Assembly: GCA_043228905.1 (NCBI GenBank)
Contig: JBHGNT010000004.1
Span: 22,568,001 to 22,632,000, forward strand
Direction of reading: 5' to 3'
Origin: Azolla caroliniana
Taxonomy: Eukaryota > Plantae > Polypodiophyta
DNA: 64,000 nt
The notes under the pieces: generated by a model
What the model was told of the DNA's origin: nothing
Seen by the model: the letters and a program-made list of their open reading frames with translations, nothing else
Database searches by the model: none
Position numbers and translations under genes: made by a program
Shown here: piece after piece, positions 1 to 14,034 of the stretch
Position numbering within the stretch: the stretch's first letter is position 1
How the letters are laid out: each line of letters begins with the position of its first letter

Positions 1-57
1 TTCTTACTATTGTATTATAATGATTCTGTAAATAATTTCAACTTGTAATTTGTGCAG

Positions 58-2254
58 TGGAACTTTGTGTACCTCTTGTTCGAGTTGGAGGGCTCTTTTT
101 GGCTGCGAAAGGTGCCAATCCTGAGGTAAATTCAGATGTTGCCATTTGTATAGAAAAGAGGGAATTCTGAATATCCAAAGTTTTTATAAATGATGTGCAT
201 ATGGATGATTAAATTAATGAAAATTGACTTTCAATAGAACTTCTGAATTCTAAAGATACAGTTGTATAACTATGGTAACCTTGTTATTATTTAATACTTA
301 GATTTATATAGTGTTTTGCACATTCTCCTTTGACAATATTGTTCATTCTTTAAAGCATTACTACTTCAGTTGTTGCATACTAGCTGGGCTTCATGTCCCT
401 TTTCAGAGTGTCATCCTTATCTGGACTAATTATGAAATTTTGTAATGAGTATTTTCTGATTGGTTGGCTTAAAAATTTCATTAAAGCCTTTCCTCCCTCC
501 ATTGAAGAGGTCAGTAGAATGCTGCTTCTACCAGGACTGAGGTTACTTTTTCTATCATACTCAAATTATAAAACGAGCATTTCAATTCCAGGGTGCATTC
601 AGTATCTAACTGTCTAGAATGGAGAAAAATTAACAAAAAGAAGAAAGAAAAATATATTGACATCTTTAAGCAACTGAAATGTGGACAGAGATTAAATCTT
701 AAAATGTTGTCTCATGTATGAGAAGAACTAATGTAAATAAAAATGACTAAATTAGTAAAACTGCCTATCATACCAGATTATCTTGTTAGCTAAGCTCTTT
801 ACTATCTACACTTAGATGAAGAGAAATTATGCCTTCAAAAGATCTCCAACATGGGCCAAATGAAATCTCTTTAATGTTCTGAGCATAGATGAATTGAAAC
901 TTCTGTCTTCAGAATATCTCCGGCATTGGCCAATCCAAGATGGAGAGATCTGTGAAGCAAGGTAAGCATCTTCAGTGTTGGGTGATAATGGCCTTGATTT
1001 GCCACCCACCTCTCTATCATGCACTTGGTAGTGTGATAGGTCAGCTTAGAACGTCCTTATGTAAATTAGAGAATGAGTATATCATATATGCACACAAAGC
1101 CATGGAGGAACAGATCAGCCAATCGTGTGATTGGGAACAGAATCAGAGGAGCATTATGCATCTTGTTGTACAGTTTTTTATGAATTAATGGGAATATACC
1201 ATTGTCTCTTCGAACGTGTTTTCAGTCCACCCCATAAGGTAATGAAATAAGACAAACATGATGCTTGGGACTGTTCTTGCTAGAAACAAAGAGATGTGGA
1301 AAGAAGTTGTTTATGAAGAACAACAATACATCATCAACAAAATCCATCATGCTTTCATTAGCATGACTCCTCTTACTTCAAGTCAATCAAAGGCTATAGA
1401 AGAAAGGTCTAGATCACAATATTTGAAATGGATTACAATACATTGGGGAATAGAAATTTGTCAAGCATGTAGTCCACGTCCACAGGACCATGGCCTCATC
1501 ATGCTTCTTATGTCCATACAAAATCACCTGATGATAAATCCATCTTGCAATAAGTGTACAAAGAGGGCTTTATAGTGGATCCTCTTCCTACTAAGAGGCA
1601 TTGGTGGGCTGATTCTGGCAAGATTTCATGTTTGAGAGGCTGGATTACTAACATTTGGGTTTTGAAGTTCTCCAAATGGATTATCTATTTTATGCCAATG
1701 TTTGCACATGATAGGCTACCAGGTGGCACATGGGTTCAATGTATTGGCCATGCTGCCACTTGTGATTGATGTACTGTGGGCTCCAAATTGGTTATCAGTT
1801 TTATCCGGATGTTTGCACATGCTGGCTACCTGTTGGCATGTGGGTTCAATGTATTGGCTGTGACACCACAGGGGGTGTCACCATGCTTATGTGGTTTAGT
1901 AATCTCTTTGTCTTTAGATATTTGAGGCTGTCTTACATGAAGGGGACTACTAGGTGAGAGAAAAATGGAGAGAGGAAGAGGAAGAGAAAGATTGATTGGC
2001 ATCAGGTGGAAGTGGAGTCCGCGAAAAGAGCAGCTGGTATTCTTGGTGCCACTATCTTGCCCATTGCAAGAGGTAAAAAGTTGTGTCCTTCTGCACATTT
2101 TCCTAGCTCAGAAGTTTACATAAGTCTTTCCTTTCTGGCAGTGACCTCAGTCAGTCCACATGGCCAGAGGACAGCAATCTTGTGCTATAAGAAGCAAACC
2201 ACGCCCAAGAAATATCCACGCAAGCCAGGGACTCCACAGAAGCAGCCGCTGTAA
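58..2254 (+). CDS. rsmG: 3' part of 16S rRNA m7G methyltransferase RsmG/GidB (organellar type); gene starts before the window
   Basis: GT-AG exons 58-125, 2006-2072 and 2142-2254 splice in phase to ELCVPLVRVGGLFLAAKGANPE-VEVESAKRAAGILGATILPIARV-TSVSPHGQRTAILCYKKQTTPKKYPRKPGTPQKQPL*. The C-terminus TPxKYPRxPGTPxKxPL is characteristic of RsmG. Confidence 0.9.
800..1460 (-). mobile_element. Possible very degenerate LINE relic in the rsmG intron
   Basis: The minus strand gives MDFVDDVLLF (like the RT FADD motif) near 1320-1350, then LMGWTENTFER, resembling the LGWEGFVVRKG segment of the LINE at 20 kb. No long ORF. Confidence 0.3.
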
Positions 2255-2751
2255 GGAAACAGGTAAAACAGCACTCATTATCTGGGACACTTTCTTTAAA
2301 TCTTTAGTGTTGATGTAAAAAATGGCCAAATATTATCATGAACATGCCTCCAAGCTACTAAACCATCTTTGCTATTCAACAACATTTTTCGCTGATAATA
2401 ATATTGAAAACATATAATTGTTGGATCTACATGGTTTTTGCCCAGGGCGTTGTTAATATCAGCCACTGCATTCTCTCTTTCTCTCTGAGGAGCGACCGGC
2501 CATTCTTCTGAAAAATGAGAAGTCCTTTATTTTCTTCATCGACTGCAGAGAGATTTGTGCTCCAATCAATCAGGATGGTTATAACACCTCTCTTATGGAC
2601 AACATATTATGAAACCGTTTTCTAGCCACCTATCTCTGGGAAGTATCAACTAGTGATCGCAATTATTATATCAGCCGGATAATGGTTGTCAGAGTGGAGA
2701 AATAGTAAATCCCACAGAATGTCAAGGATTGATCCTTTGCCGTAGAAATAT

Positions 2752-2752
<1 letters not shown>

Positions 2753-2809
<57 letters not shown>
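2753..2809. repeat. (GA)n microsatellite
   Basis: Uninterrupted AG dinucleotide run of about 56 bp. Confidence 0.95.
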
Positions 2810-2814
<5 letters not shown>

Positions 2815-3624
2815 CCAGTTGGCACACTTAGTACTTAAATGGGGTTGGATGTATGCATTGAATACCCCACCTGTCTTTACATTAATAATTTACCAAGTGT
2901 CAAATTCTGGCACTTTGTTACATGATTTCCAATTTCAGTAAATTTTTAAGCAATGGGCGTTCTTAATATAAGAAAAATATGATCCATAATCATCGACAGC
3001 GGAAAACAAATTATTAAACAATGTTTGATATGTGGGCATGAAATAAATAAATTTTATGCATTTAAATCGTTTTCAAGATATATTCGATTTTCTAGGTATG
3101 TCCAAATGTCTCATTCGTTATGTGATGTTAAAAACTTTCTCCAATGTACATCTAAATTTCTCCAATTTTTGAAATCTTCATACAGAAACAAATATTGCAC
3201 ATGAAATTTGTATGCATGTACAAGAGGGATTTTAAGTGTTCTCAGTTAAGGTAAATTTCACCTTGCACAAACTTCAGACAGACTTCCATGAATAGTTATT
3301 GATAGGATATGTCTTTATTTACTGTCAGAAATTGGACATTACACTTTATTTTTCTGCTGAATAAGTTTCCACTTACAGTAATGGAGTTTCTCTATTGAGT
3401 TTGTGTGAAGAAGCTCTCTTGGATATGATATGTAGGTCTTAAATCCAATATAAAGAGCATGGCCTTAAATCCTACTGATATGAGGAGTTGTAAAATACGT
3501 GTAGAGATTTTATCTACATTGTTATCCCATCCGTTCTAGTCAAAGGCTTTGTTAAAAACAGGTTGGAAGATCCTGTGTCTTTAGCAATATTGGTATAATC
3601 TGGAGAAATACACCATGATTGAAT

Positions 3625-4330
3625 CTATATCTTTAGATCTTGTTCTAAGAACATCATTCAGTAAAACAAAAAGCTTCTTGTTTCTCACAGCACATGCAAG
3701 CATCTACTTTTTTTAGCCTATGCAGACACAAAAAAGAATTAAGACATATATCTTTAGATCTTGTCCTACGACCATTATTCAGTAAAACAAAGATCTTATC
3801 ATTTCTCTTTTGAGTAAAACAAAAAACAACACATGCAAGAATCTACTCCTCTTTTGTAGTAACATGTAGACACAAAAAAGAAGAAGACATAATAAAGATA
3901 CAAATTGTGCCAAATTAAGTTGGCAAATATATTCACTATTGGAAATTGAGCAAAACCCATCATTACATGACTTTAAAATTGTTAAATGAAATCAATTAAT
4001 TGGACACAAGAAAAAGATAAAATTGTGCCAAAGTAAGTCAGCAAAGATGTTCACTATGGGTAATCGAACTAAACACATAATCACACGACTTTAAAATTGT
4101 TAAATGAAATCGATTAATGGCACACTAGTGAAGACTAAGTAGGCAAATCCAAAAGAAAGAAAGAAAGAAATATTAACGTCTTTTAAGAGGCCAAAATGGC
4201 CTATAAGACCAAGTAAGAGATTACATCTCAAGTGTTGTCTCGTCTTTAAGAACAAATCAAAATAAATAAATATTACACAGTAAATTCAAAACATCACATT
4301 ATCACAGTAACTTTAAAATTGTTAAAATGT
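3625..4330. repeat. Cluster of local direct duplications (~120-bp units)
   Basis: tatatctttagatcttgt...cagtaaaacaaa occurs at ~3625 and ~3747. aaattgtgccaaa...gactttaaaattgttaaatgaaatc occurs at ~3902 and ~4020, with a partial third copy at ~4310. Confidence 0.8.
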
Positions 4331-4835
4331 AATAGAATTAACTGCGCACTAGTAAGGACTAACAAAAAGTTTATATAACTTTCAAAATCCATCACGTTCC
4401 TCACAGTTTTCTGCCTTCCAAATATTTCATTATGGCAATTTCCTATATCAGGACCATAGTATGATAGGCAATTGATTAATTGCACACTATTGAACAGTTG
4501 TACTGCACACAATGAACTAAATGAAAAGTTTTATTGTAGCGAGGAGCATTTCAAAACATGATGTTCTTAAGCATTAAATCGCTTCATGGCTGCCCAGCAA
4601 CCTATCAACCCTTTTTATCTTTTATGGCAATTTGCGGATGCCATCTCCAGTAAGATATGATGTCATGTCATATATATTAAAGACGCCATCAAAAAAAGAG
4701 AGCATTTATCTGTTCATGAACAAAACAACATGAATTAATATGACGCAGTCAATGACTAAATTGTTACATCTGAAGTTGATTTGTGTTGGAGAAATCTATC
4801 CTATCTGTAGGATACCATTCTCACTTTGTAAATCT

Positions 4836-7765
4836 TCATGAGGATTTCCCAGTCATCCCTGATACAACCTAAAACGCAGGATTGAAAACATAAGGAAAAG
4901 TTTTATATCTGCAACCCAAACAATAAGCACACGTAAAAAGACATCAAACTTACATCTTTAATCTTTGGCTGCTCAACTGGTTCTGAACTATATATTGCAT
5001 TTCTTATCGGTGGAACCACGATAGGGAGCAGAAGTCCTGTGCATAATTTATTTTATCAAAATGGAATGGTTTGTGTCAAGAGAAGCCACCTAGATCTCAT
5101 ATATAGATGCTAGGCAACGTCAAGTTTGGAGGAAGAATAACCAACATTCATCATCAGCCAAACTCATTGAAAATATAAAATCAGCCAATGCATAATCCCA
5201 TTGAACTCTATTTTTTGTAAGCTTACAAACGCAGAGATTGGAAAAACCAAACGACAAGAATGGTGTCAACTGCCCATAAACCTATAACAGTTAAATTTTC
5301 GAAATAAACCTCATCATATTATAGGCAACTACAAAAGTAGCCCAGGTGTAATTTAACTACATAGATAATACTACATATCAAATCAGCCAATGCATAATCC
5401 CATTGAACTCTACTTTTTGTAAGCCTACAATTGCAGAGATTGGAAAAAACAAACGGCAAGAATGATGTCAACTGCCCATAAACCTATAACAGTTCAATTT
5501 TCGAAATAAACCTCATCATATTATAGGCAACTACAAAAGTAGCCCTGGTGTGATTTAACTACATAGATAATACTCTTCATCAGAACGTACACTATTTTAT
5601 GTTCTAAACATTGCTAAAGAGTTAATAAAGGAGATCATCTAAAGTATCAACATTTTCTAGACCTTTTTAACAGGAGAACTAAAGATAAGCATACCAAAGA
5701 AGCTCAATGGAAGTACAAGCAAGTTTTAGATTCTAATAATCAGGTATTGCATCTAAAGGGGACAACATCCATATTCGAATGACGTAATATATGTATTCAG
5801 GATGTTGGAGAGTTATTTGTGTTCTTCAAATACTTCTGTTATTAAAAAAATCTCGCAAGAATCCCCATTGTAAATCTAGATTAGACTTCATAAAATCAAT
5901 ACCGTGGGCCTCTTATGCATATAAGGTAACCATATCCATATTCGAAAGGCTCTTCTTAAGCCAAGATTGCGGGCACAGTATTATCGGTAGTAAAATACAT
6001 TATTTAAGAGAGAACAAGAGAAACTACTCGTAGCACTCTGCAGACCAAACATCACAAATATCAGACTCCAATTATGAGTCTCAAACAATCAATGTGCATA
6101 TTGAAGATTTGCACATATAGAATATAGATGTTGGTTGATCCTCTCCATATTCTAAAGGCTTTTCTTAAGCAGGATTGTGGGCATAGTATTATCAGGTAGT
6201 AAACTACTCATAGAACTCCCCAGACCTAACATCACAAATACCAAACTCCAATTATGAGTCTCAAACAATCAATGGGCAAATCAAAGATTTGCACATATAG
6301 ACTTTAGATGTGCTCAATCCTATCCTCACTTCAAGAATAGGAATATCAATGTATTATCAAGTTGGCTGTACTGTGATAAGCCCAGTAACATTGCTCAAAA
6401 TTACCCAAGCAGGAGTTCAAATTCGGATGGAGAGGAGTGATGTGTTAGTAGAGGCCATACATATGCCATTTCTCGTTCCAGAAATGCAAATGCTGTTTCG
6501 GTAAAATGTTTCATAACCCACTTCATTTCAGGGACATTTTTTACACTGAACATTCTAATTTGAGTTTTTATCTTTATAGTTTAAAACTGTTTCTTTTGTT
6601 GAAAATGCCAAATGGGCTCATAATCATGGACAACTTTAATAAAATCTGCCAACACAGCTTCTTTGCAAACCTTCATCCTTAATCTTTAAAATTTTCTAAC
6701 ACTTCATTTCTTAGTAAGTTGAAAATGTGGAAATCTATTTTGAAAACTGCCATTTGAGAAATGGGTGGCAACCATAGCTAAGTGGCCAGAGTCCAGATTG
6801 TAGTGTGTCATAAAAGTAATTAAGAAACCAGGTCTAAAAATTGACGTCATAAATAACCAGGTTGTCAGCAACATAATCCATGATACTTAACTTCTAGAGG
6901 TAACCTTCAGAGTGTCAATGGTTGCCTTTGATGCTATAGAGAATTCAATAATCCAATTTGGTATGGGTTAAAAACATTGAAGGATCAAGCAACACGAGAA
7001 AAATCGAAACCATTTTAGGCAGGGGCAACAGGCTTCCTGCAGATTGCGAACTAAGTAAAGTCAATCTTTGAAATCTCAATCAGTGAGGCAACAAAAGACA
7101 AATGGAATCACAAGACCAACAATGCAAATGGACCCAATGATTCTGCAATCACACACCAAGAAGACATCCACACGCCTATTTAATAAGTTGTGAATTTGCA
7201 GAACTTTGCACGTATATTGAGGTTCCACCCATCTTTAAAAATCACCAGTTGGAGCACAGTTTTTTTTTGTCATGGCTCTCTTCTTGTTAGTTGATATTGG
7301 TGAGCTTACAAAGATCACCTTTATTCAAAAAATTCTTGAACAACCATGGTGAAGCTCAGACATTTTAAAGGATTGATTTTCATGAGGCATAAATATAATT
7401 TATGCCATGATGCCTTAGGAGATGTATGGTGCTTGAGCACTGTGTGGGTGTATCACAAGGGAAAGGTTAAAAACATTAAAGGGTCTAGACCATGAAGGTC
7501 GAGAGAACTGGTGGACGGCGACGTCCATGCTATTGATTTGGTTGGGTAGGGTAGGATCTGTGCTGTACATCGCTCACTTCTCCTCCGTAATCAAGATATT
7601 CAAAAACAATTCAACAGAAGCGGATCACACACAAAAAGGCAGAAGAAGAAGAAGAAGAAGAAGAAGCAAGTGCGATGGCTGCCTACCTATTCCGGCGAAC
7701 ATGCAGGATGCAGCGATGACGGGATCCTGAACGACAAACCTCCTCACAGACGCAGAGAACCCCAT
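4836..7765 (-). CDS. NDUFA3: Mitochondrial complex I subunit B9 / NDUFA3-like (Fb11 family), 64 aa
   Basis: Exons 7765-7687, 5036-4954 and 4868-4836 (GT-AG, phases consistent) give MGFSASVRRFVVQDPVIAASCMFAGIGLLLPIVVPPIRNAIYSSEPVEQPKIKDVVSGMTGKSS*. This matches the plant B9 pattern FVxQEPVLVASCLIxGxGLFLP...DVVAGMTGKK. It is absent from the ORF track because the exons are short. Confidence 0.88.
5178..5575. repeat. Tandem duplication, ~202-bp unit, in NDUFA3 intron 1
   Basis: aaatcagccaatgcataatcccc...catagataatact starts at ~5178 and ~5380 with few mismatches. A second, more diverged pair lies at ~5935-6130 and ~6145-6310. Confidence 0.9.
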
Positions 7766-9357
7766 CGCCTCCAAAATGCCGCTCCCTTTTCTTCTTCTTC
7801 TTCTTCTTCAGAAGGATAGAAGAAAGGGGTCTCTAAGAACAAAAAGAACGAAGTGACAGCTTCAGGGCAGGGCCAATACATCTCCACACTTTGTACTACA
7901 TAAAGTCTGATAATATGTATATTTTCTCTCCCCAACCATCCACTTCTTCTTTCTAATCTTCATCAATTGAAGGCTAACTTTGTCGGAATAACAAAACTAT
8001 TTATAATCCGTTATCCCAGACACTTCAAGAAACTAAGTGGCATATTCGGTCTAATAGAAAACCAATCAAGTCTTCTAGACCCACTTCATTTTGATGAGCT
8101 CATCTTCGTCTAATACAACCTTGAATCATGTGTTGCTCTTGAAGTCCTCATGCTTTTGAGGCAATGTATGCATACATTCCCATTTGTGGCCTAAGTTATG
8201 TGTTCCTACTCTAGAACTCATGTAGCATAACACATAGATTCTTTGCCCCATCAGAAAAGTGATTTAGGGAACAACATGCAAGGTTATTTTTGGTTGTGTA
8301 AATGAGTTCTAACCATCCTCTTAAAAGTGGTTAATGGAGGGGTTGGTAAATTTCATGGGGATTCTTGTTGCCATTAATTTCTTGACTCTTGCTCATTCTA
8401 AACAATCTATACAATTGGTGCTTGTTTAATTGAGGCGATTGAATCCACCTACATAATCATATCTGTAGTAACACAAAAAAATAATGATATAAAGGAATGT
8501 GATTGAATTATATCAATGGCTCTTGACATGCAATAACCCTACTATTTTTTGTGCTCATCACAAGCATCTACACTGTACATTTGAGCTAAATTTCACTACC
8601 TTACTACAAAAAGTCAATAGTTTTCAAGTTCAACATAATCAAAAGACAAGATTCCATTGTGGTTCCAAATCAGTTAATTGATTTCTGGTACCCTTCCACA
8701 GCTTGCAAAACCCAACTAAGTCATCAAATAAATTCCCCACATTCTTTGGAAGTGAAAATCAATAACTCATTTTCAAGTTCATCAAAAGTTAAGTTAGGCA
8801 ATTATTTTCATGAGATTATTTGAAATGTGATTCAGAAATTAAGTGATTGTTGAAATCACCATGCTTGAGATTCTATGATAAGGATCGCGTCATTAGTTTC
8901 TGAATGACAGATAGATTCATGTTGGTTGAACAAATTCATTGGCTGCCGCAACAAAAGCGAGGGGGTGGGCAATGTTTGCACAACCTCTCTGAATACATAC
9001 ACCAAGTAGGATGGAACCCTAGTAGTCTGAATCTTAGATGGGTACATCAATGTCATGGAGAAACTGTTGAGAAGATAATCAAGCCCGAGACAAGTGCATG
9101 GGTTGTCGACTTTGTGGGGTTAAATCTATCATGTAGCTTAGATGTTAACTGATAATGAAGATAAATTTAGCTACCACTAAATGTGTAAAGCGGTAACATC
9201 ATACATAATATTCATCCCCAATATTCTCACACCATCACAAGCATATCACGCCAATGAATGCTGACATTATTAGTCAGTCATTCTATGATATATACACAAC
9301 ATATATAACTACTAGCTATAGCTATATTCAAAAACGGGCAGGCATAATCAGTTATAT

Positions 9358-12300
9358 TTAGTCAGTATGACGAAGCCTCTCAGATAGCCTTCTGTCTAGA
9401 TCTTTCACTGCCTGCCATCTCTCCCATGTCAATGTGGATTCACCATAGCTAATAGATAATAGTCTGGCTAGTGTAAGCCACCTACAAAACAAGCCCATTC
9501 ATTGATCATAACAGTTCTATCGCAAATTGTGAGATTGATTATATATTGACAAATGTGTGCTTGGATATGAAGAGAAGATTGGATCTTAACCTGTGGAATA
9601 CATCTGTGTCAAGTGTTCTGTCCTCTTGCCTTACAGCAACAAGATCATCTTCCAGCATCTGCAGGTCAAGCATTGCATAAAGACTTCATGTAAAAGAAGT
9701 TTCCTCACATAATTTAATTCTGGTGTTCATAAGACTCCTTCCTACCTTCTGCATTGATGGATCAATCATATGATTGGCAAGCCTAGCTTGGCCTAAATAC
9801 ATCCTCCATCTTAATAATTGTTGCTCATCTGGGAGGACTGGTGATGATTCCCGTGTTGACCTTAATGGCACCACCACATCAGCAGGAAACAATCGTGACT
9901 TGGCCATTGAAAAAACCAGAATTGGTACATCGGCCAGCATTTCCATCTTATAGAACTCAAAATCATACTCCACCTACGAGAATTTGTTTTTAGCAAACAT
10001 AGCTTAGATCCAGAAATAGCATTCTCAACATGTCAAAGACAGATTAGATGTCAAAGATAGCTTAGATCCACAAATAGCATTCTCAACATGTCAAAGATAA
10101 CCATTGTATACCTTCTGCCATTCCATCAAATTCTTTATGGAATGCACATTTTGTAGTCCTATCTCAGCCAATTGACCAGCTTTCATATCAACTTCATTAA
10201 TCATTAGATGTGTGCCATCTGCTAGCTGTATGTCCCCTGTCATAAGGCTGCAATATATATACCAAGGAAATTTAAACCTTATACCCTAACTGTAACCATA
10301 CCCATAAACATAAACACTAAAATTTAAATCTAAACACAACTATAGACCCAAACAAATGAAAATATTGATACTACACATACCGGTTACTGTTGTAGTCTTT
10401 ATGGGGAGCTAATCGTTTTTTATTTAGGTAATTCAAGGACAATGACATCAAATGCGAGCGAGGAAGAAGTGCAGCAATTGTTTGAGAAATCCTCTTTGCT
10501 AGCGACGAAGAAATCTCATCAGACGTGCTCATAGAATCCATCAAGTTTAGGGAAAGTTTACCTACTGCCATTGGCTCTACCCGTGCATGTACCTATCATC
10601 ATCCAGATAGGAATGAAATAGGTTATGCATTTATTTAAAAAAATGATTTGCAATTGTTGAGCAAGGAATAACCAATATGAACAATTACATGGGATAGAAG
10701 GTGTAGCAGAGTGTATTCAGCAGCAAGAACATCGCCTCCAAGAACTTCTGTAAATGTGCTGACAAGGGATTTTCTTAGATCTACAACAGACGAATTAGGA
10801 GTATGAGCCTGTGGTAGGACTTCAGGAATTGCCCTAAATAGCATTCCCCCAGATAGCTTCCGATATAAAATGCAATGTAGACGAGGAACCTAGACATACC
10901 CAGAAAACAATTAGCACGCACAAACTTAAGAGTTCAAGAATACAAGAAGTTTAAAGAGTTTACCTTGCTAGCGGGAAGATGTATAGATATGTCCTCATCC
11001 GAAAATGCTGATTGCAAATCAGAGCACTCCCCTACATTTCCTTGGTGAATTGAAAGGTCGGGATCATATGTCATCACACCAATGAACTCTGCTATGTCAT
11101 TCAGTTTCAAATCCCCATCTATACCATCATAAACCTACATTTATCCAGGCAGATTCATCATGCATCATCAACTTTTTTACAGTTGAAGCAGGAAGCCATG
11201 GTATTTGACGCCCTACCTTAACAAGACATGGACTAAGAGTTTTCTCCCCTAAAGGCATGTTGAGATCAAGCGAAGCTTGAGCCTGATGTGTTCTTCCCTC
11301 TTTGTCATTTATTGTAGCTTGACACTGTATGGACATAAATGGATTGATTAACTCTGAAAATAGTATCCTTAACATTATAAGTGGAAAGCCAATAAACTAA
11401 GAGCCCCTTTGAGAAATGATTAGACGGCTACCGCTCGCTTGTCTTCAACAAGATTCATGCCACTGTCATCCATCTCCATTCCCTGTATTGCAAAGAAAGA
11501 GCTACTTTGAAAAAGAAGTATCAAAACAATAGAGAACAAATATAGATATGGACCACATACACAAGGATTAAATATTTAGAGGTGATGTTAATGTAGTGTA
11601 AACTTACTTCTGGATCTGTGGAAGGATCATCACGGCCTCTTTTCTGACTTGTTCGAACATCCCCAATAGGTTGATCTTTAAAATATACATCGGGAGTAGA
11701 GAACAAATCTTTTACCCAAGAGTTCTCTCCAGGCACCTAACATATTATTCAATGTGAGATGCAACACTCATTATAAAGAAACACAGAGTCTCAATACAGA
11801 ATCGGTATATATCAAAGAACTGGAGCACTTACTGGGATGCAATACAATGGTCTCCTGTCCCAAATCTGAATGTTTGATTCTTCACAAGGAGGCATAGTAG
11901 CAGCATCTATATATTTGTTGGTTCTCCAAGTATCACCATCCTGAAGCATCAGGAAGGTTTAAGTTATACTAAACATTCCACAAAGAGATCTCATAGTAAC
12001 AACAAAAGAGGATAATTGGACCCACCTTGTAAGCTCCAACATAGTATTCAACATTGAACATGTCTTGAACCTACCATTCACACAAAAACACTAAATCAAA
12101 CCTTGATAGTAAATCAATCTATCTACAGCTGTCCATAAAATATTGAGCTTTCACAACCTACGCAGCAGATTACCCTACAAGCTTCAATTTCCAGTCTTTT
12201 GAGACATTTAGCGAAGCCAGAAATAGGTTTACAAATTACATTCACAAACCAAGCGAGCACAATGTGATCTAGACACGTCCACTATGAGGCTCGTTACAAG

Positions 12301-12804
12301 AATAAGTCATGTAAGGAAAAAATGGATTTACATATGGTCGAGTATGTGTATGTCTAATTTTTTAACTGTTTTCTGATTCAGCAAGAATTGCAATCAAAAC
12401 AAAAATTCAGCAATAGAGTGATTGTAATATGCCATCATACTACACACCAAAGAGAGAATAAGGATGGATCAACATTACCATTCCGCGAAATCGGACAAGT
12501 GAATTAGGTGGGATCGCATCCAAAGGCACAGAATTGATCTCAGGGACCTGACAATGAACGAGAGGAGTCATGACATCGATCCAGAATGTGAAGAAGGTCG
12601 TATAAAACAGAGAGGATAGCTTAGCTGACTGACCTTGGTGAGGGATCCATGGTGTTGGAGCAGAGCTTGGGTGAAGAGGTCCCGGACACCCCAGTCACCA
12701 GCGGCGGGAGGAGAAGAAGGCGACGAGGGGTCTTTTGCTTTCTCGAACAGAAAACGGATTGCTCCCAAGGGGTTGGAGAAACAGTCGTAAGCATGGCCAA
12801 CCAT
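9358..12804 (-). CDS. ETG1: Mini-chromosome maintenance complex-binding protein (MCM-BP / ETG1), multi-exon
   Basis: Exon 1 (12804-12634) reads MVGHAYDCFSNPLGAIRFLFEKA...DWG and exon 2 (12547-12479) VPEINSVPLDAIPPNSLVRFRGM. Internal exons include VLGGDVLAAEYTLLHLLSH, LAPHKDYNSNR and EYDFEFYKMEMLADVP. The last exon WLTLARLLSISYGESTLTWERW...RLRHTD* stops at 9360-9358. Confidence 0.93.
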
Positions 12805-12817
12805 GTCTCTGCAGGAG

Positions 12818-12852
<35 letters not shown>

Positions 12853-13426
12853 GTGAGAATGTCTCTCTGTCTGTTTGATCCGAATGGGGCTGCTTCCCGC
12901 CAAAAAAAAAACCCTCGCACTCGGTTTCCCGCCAGAAAAAAAAAATCCTGCGCTTTTTTCCCGCCAATTTCTCATCTTCATCGGAGGGCATCCAAAAGAG
13001 GAAATAAATAAAATTTAAGCGCCATTCTAAACTAAATCTACCAAACAAATGAATGTTGTCCAACATCCTAGTCCTTTAATCAAGGTGCATAAGTTCCTTG
13101 GTACTCTTATTCTGCAATCAGGCCCAAAATCTTCTTAGGCATACGAAAGCTCCAATGTTGGTAGCTTTTAAGAATTTTTTCAAGAAATGCCAAAGAGAGA
13201 TGTGGGTTTAGTAGTAATGCATTAAGATTTCAAGAAAAAGCTCTAATGTAATACGCATCTTTAACATCAAGAATAGCCTAGTCTGGTATTGAGATATAAT
13301 ATGCACCTTAACATTGAGAACAACCTAGCATGCTATTGATATATAATACGCATCTTAACATTGAGAACAACCAAGCATGGTAACACTTGCCTTGCTCTAG
13401 CAGAAAGACATTTTCCAATGAGCATA

Positions 13427-14034
13427 TGTTGTCACCTTTTTGCTCAACAGACAAAAAGGGTCGGGCGACTTACTCCCTAAGTCGTCCTACCAAGGGAATT
13501 GTGGTTGGAGATATGGATTTGATCAACTTCCATTGCTTACTTACTTATACTCACTCCCGATTAATTCTCACTCTCTTATACTTCTCACTTCAAGATCACT
13601 CACTTACCTTAATCACACACGCAGATGTAACTGCAGTACTAAATCCCTCTCAACCCTATGATCGATTGTATTATAGAGACACTCCCTCTCCCTGGTCATA
13701 CGACTCAATTGATTGACTCTCAAAACAACATAATAACAATGAAGCACAAAGTACTCTAAACAAAAATTATATTAAATTGATACGCTTACAAAGCCATCCC
13801 TTTTACAATGCCTTGTACCCCTTTTTATAGGTGGTACACGAAGTTCTCTCCAAGAAGCTACAAAACTGCCTTTCAACAAGAATCATAAAACAGTTACGAC
13901 GACTTAATTTTTTACTTGGCATTTTACGACTATTATATTTTTGACTTCGAGTTCAATCAACCCCTAGCTCGTTCAACTATACTTAGGACTACTATTTCAG
14001 ACTTTCATCCTAGGGTCAACCTGCCCTGGTAACA
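13427..14034. mobile_element. Solo LTR, 608 bp
   Basis: TGTTGTC...GGTAACA termini flanked by a perfect 5-bp TSD GCATA (13422-13426, 14035-14039). An uninterrupted duplicate of the target site lies at ~14200-14230. Confidence 0.88.

Noticed and set aside
7200-7470. Coding-looking stretch in NDUFA3 intron 1 (QLEHSF..., HDALGDVW)
   Set aside because: Short, interrupted by stops, and without convincing exon boundaries or a family match.
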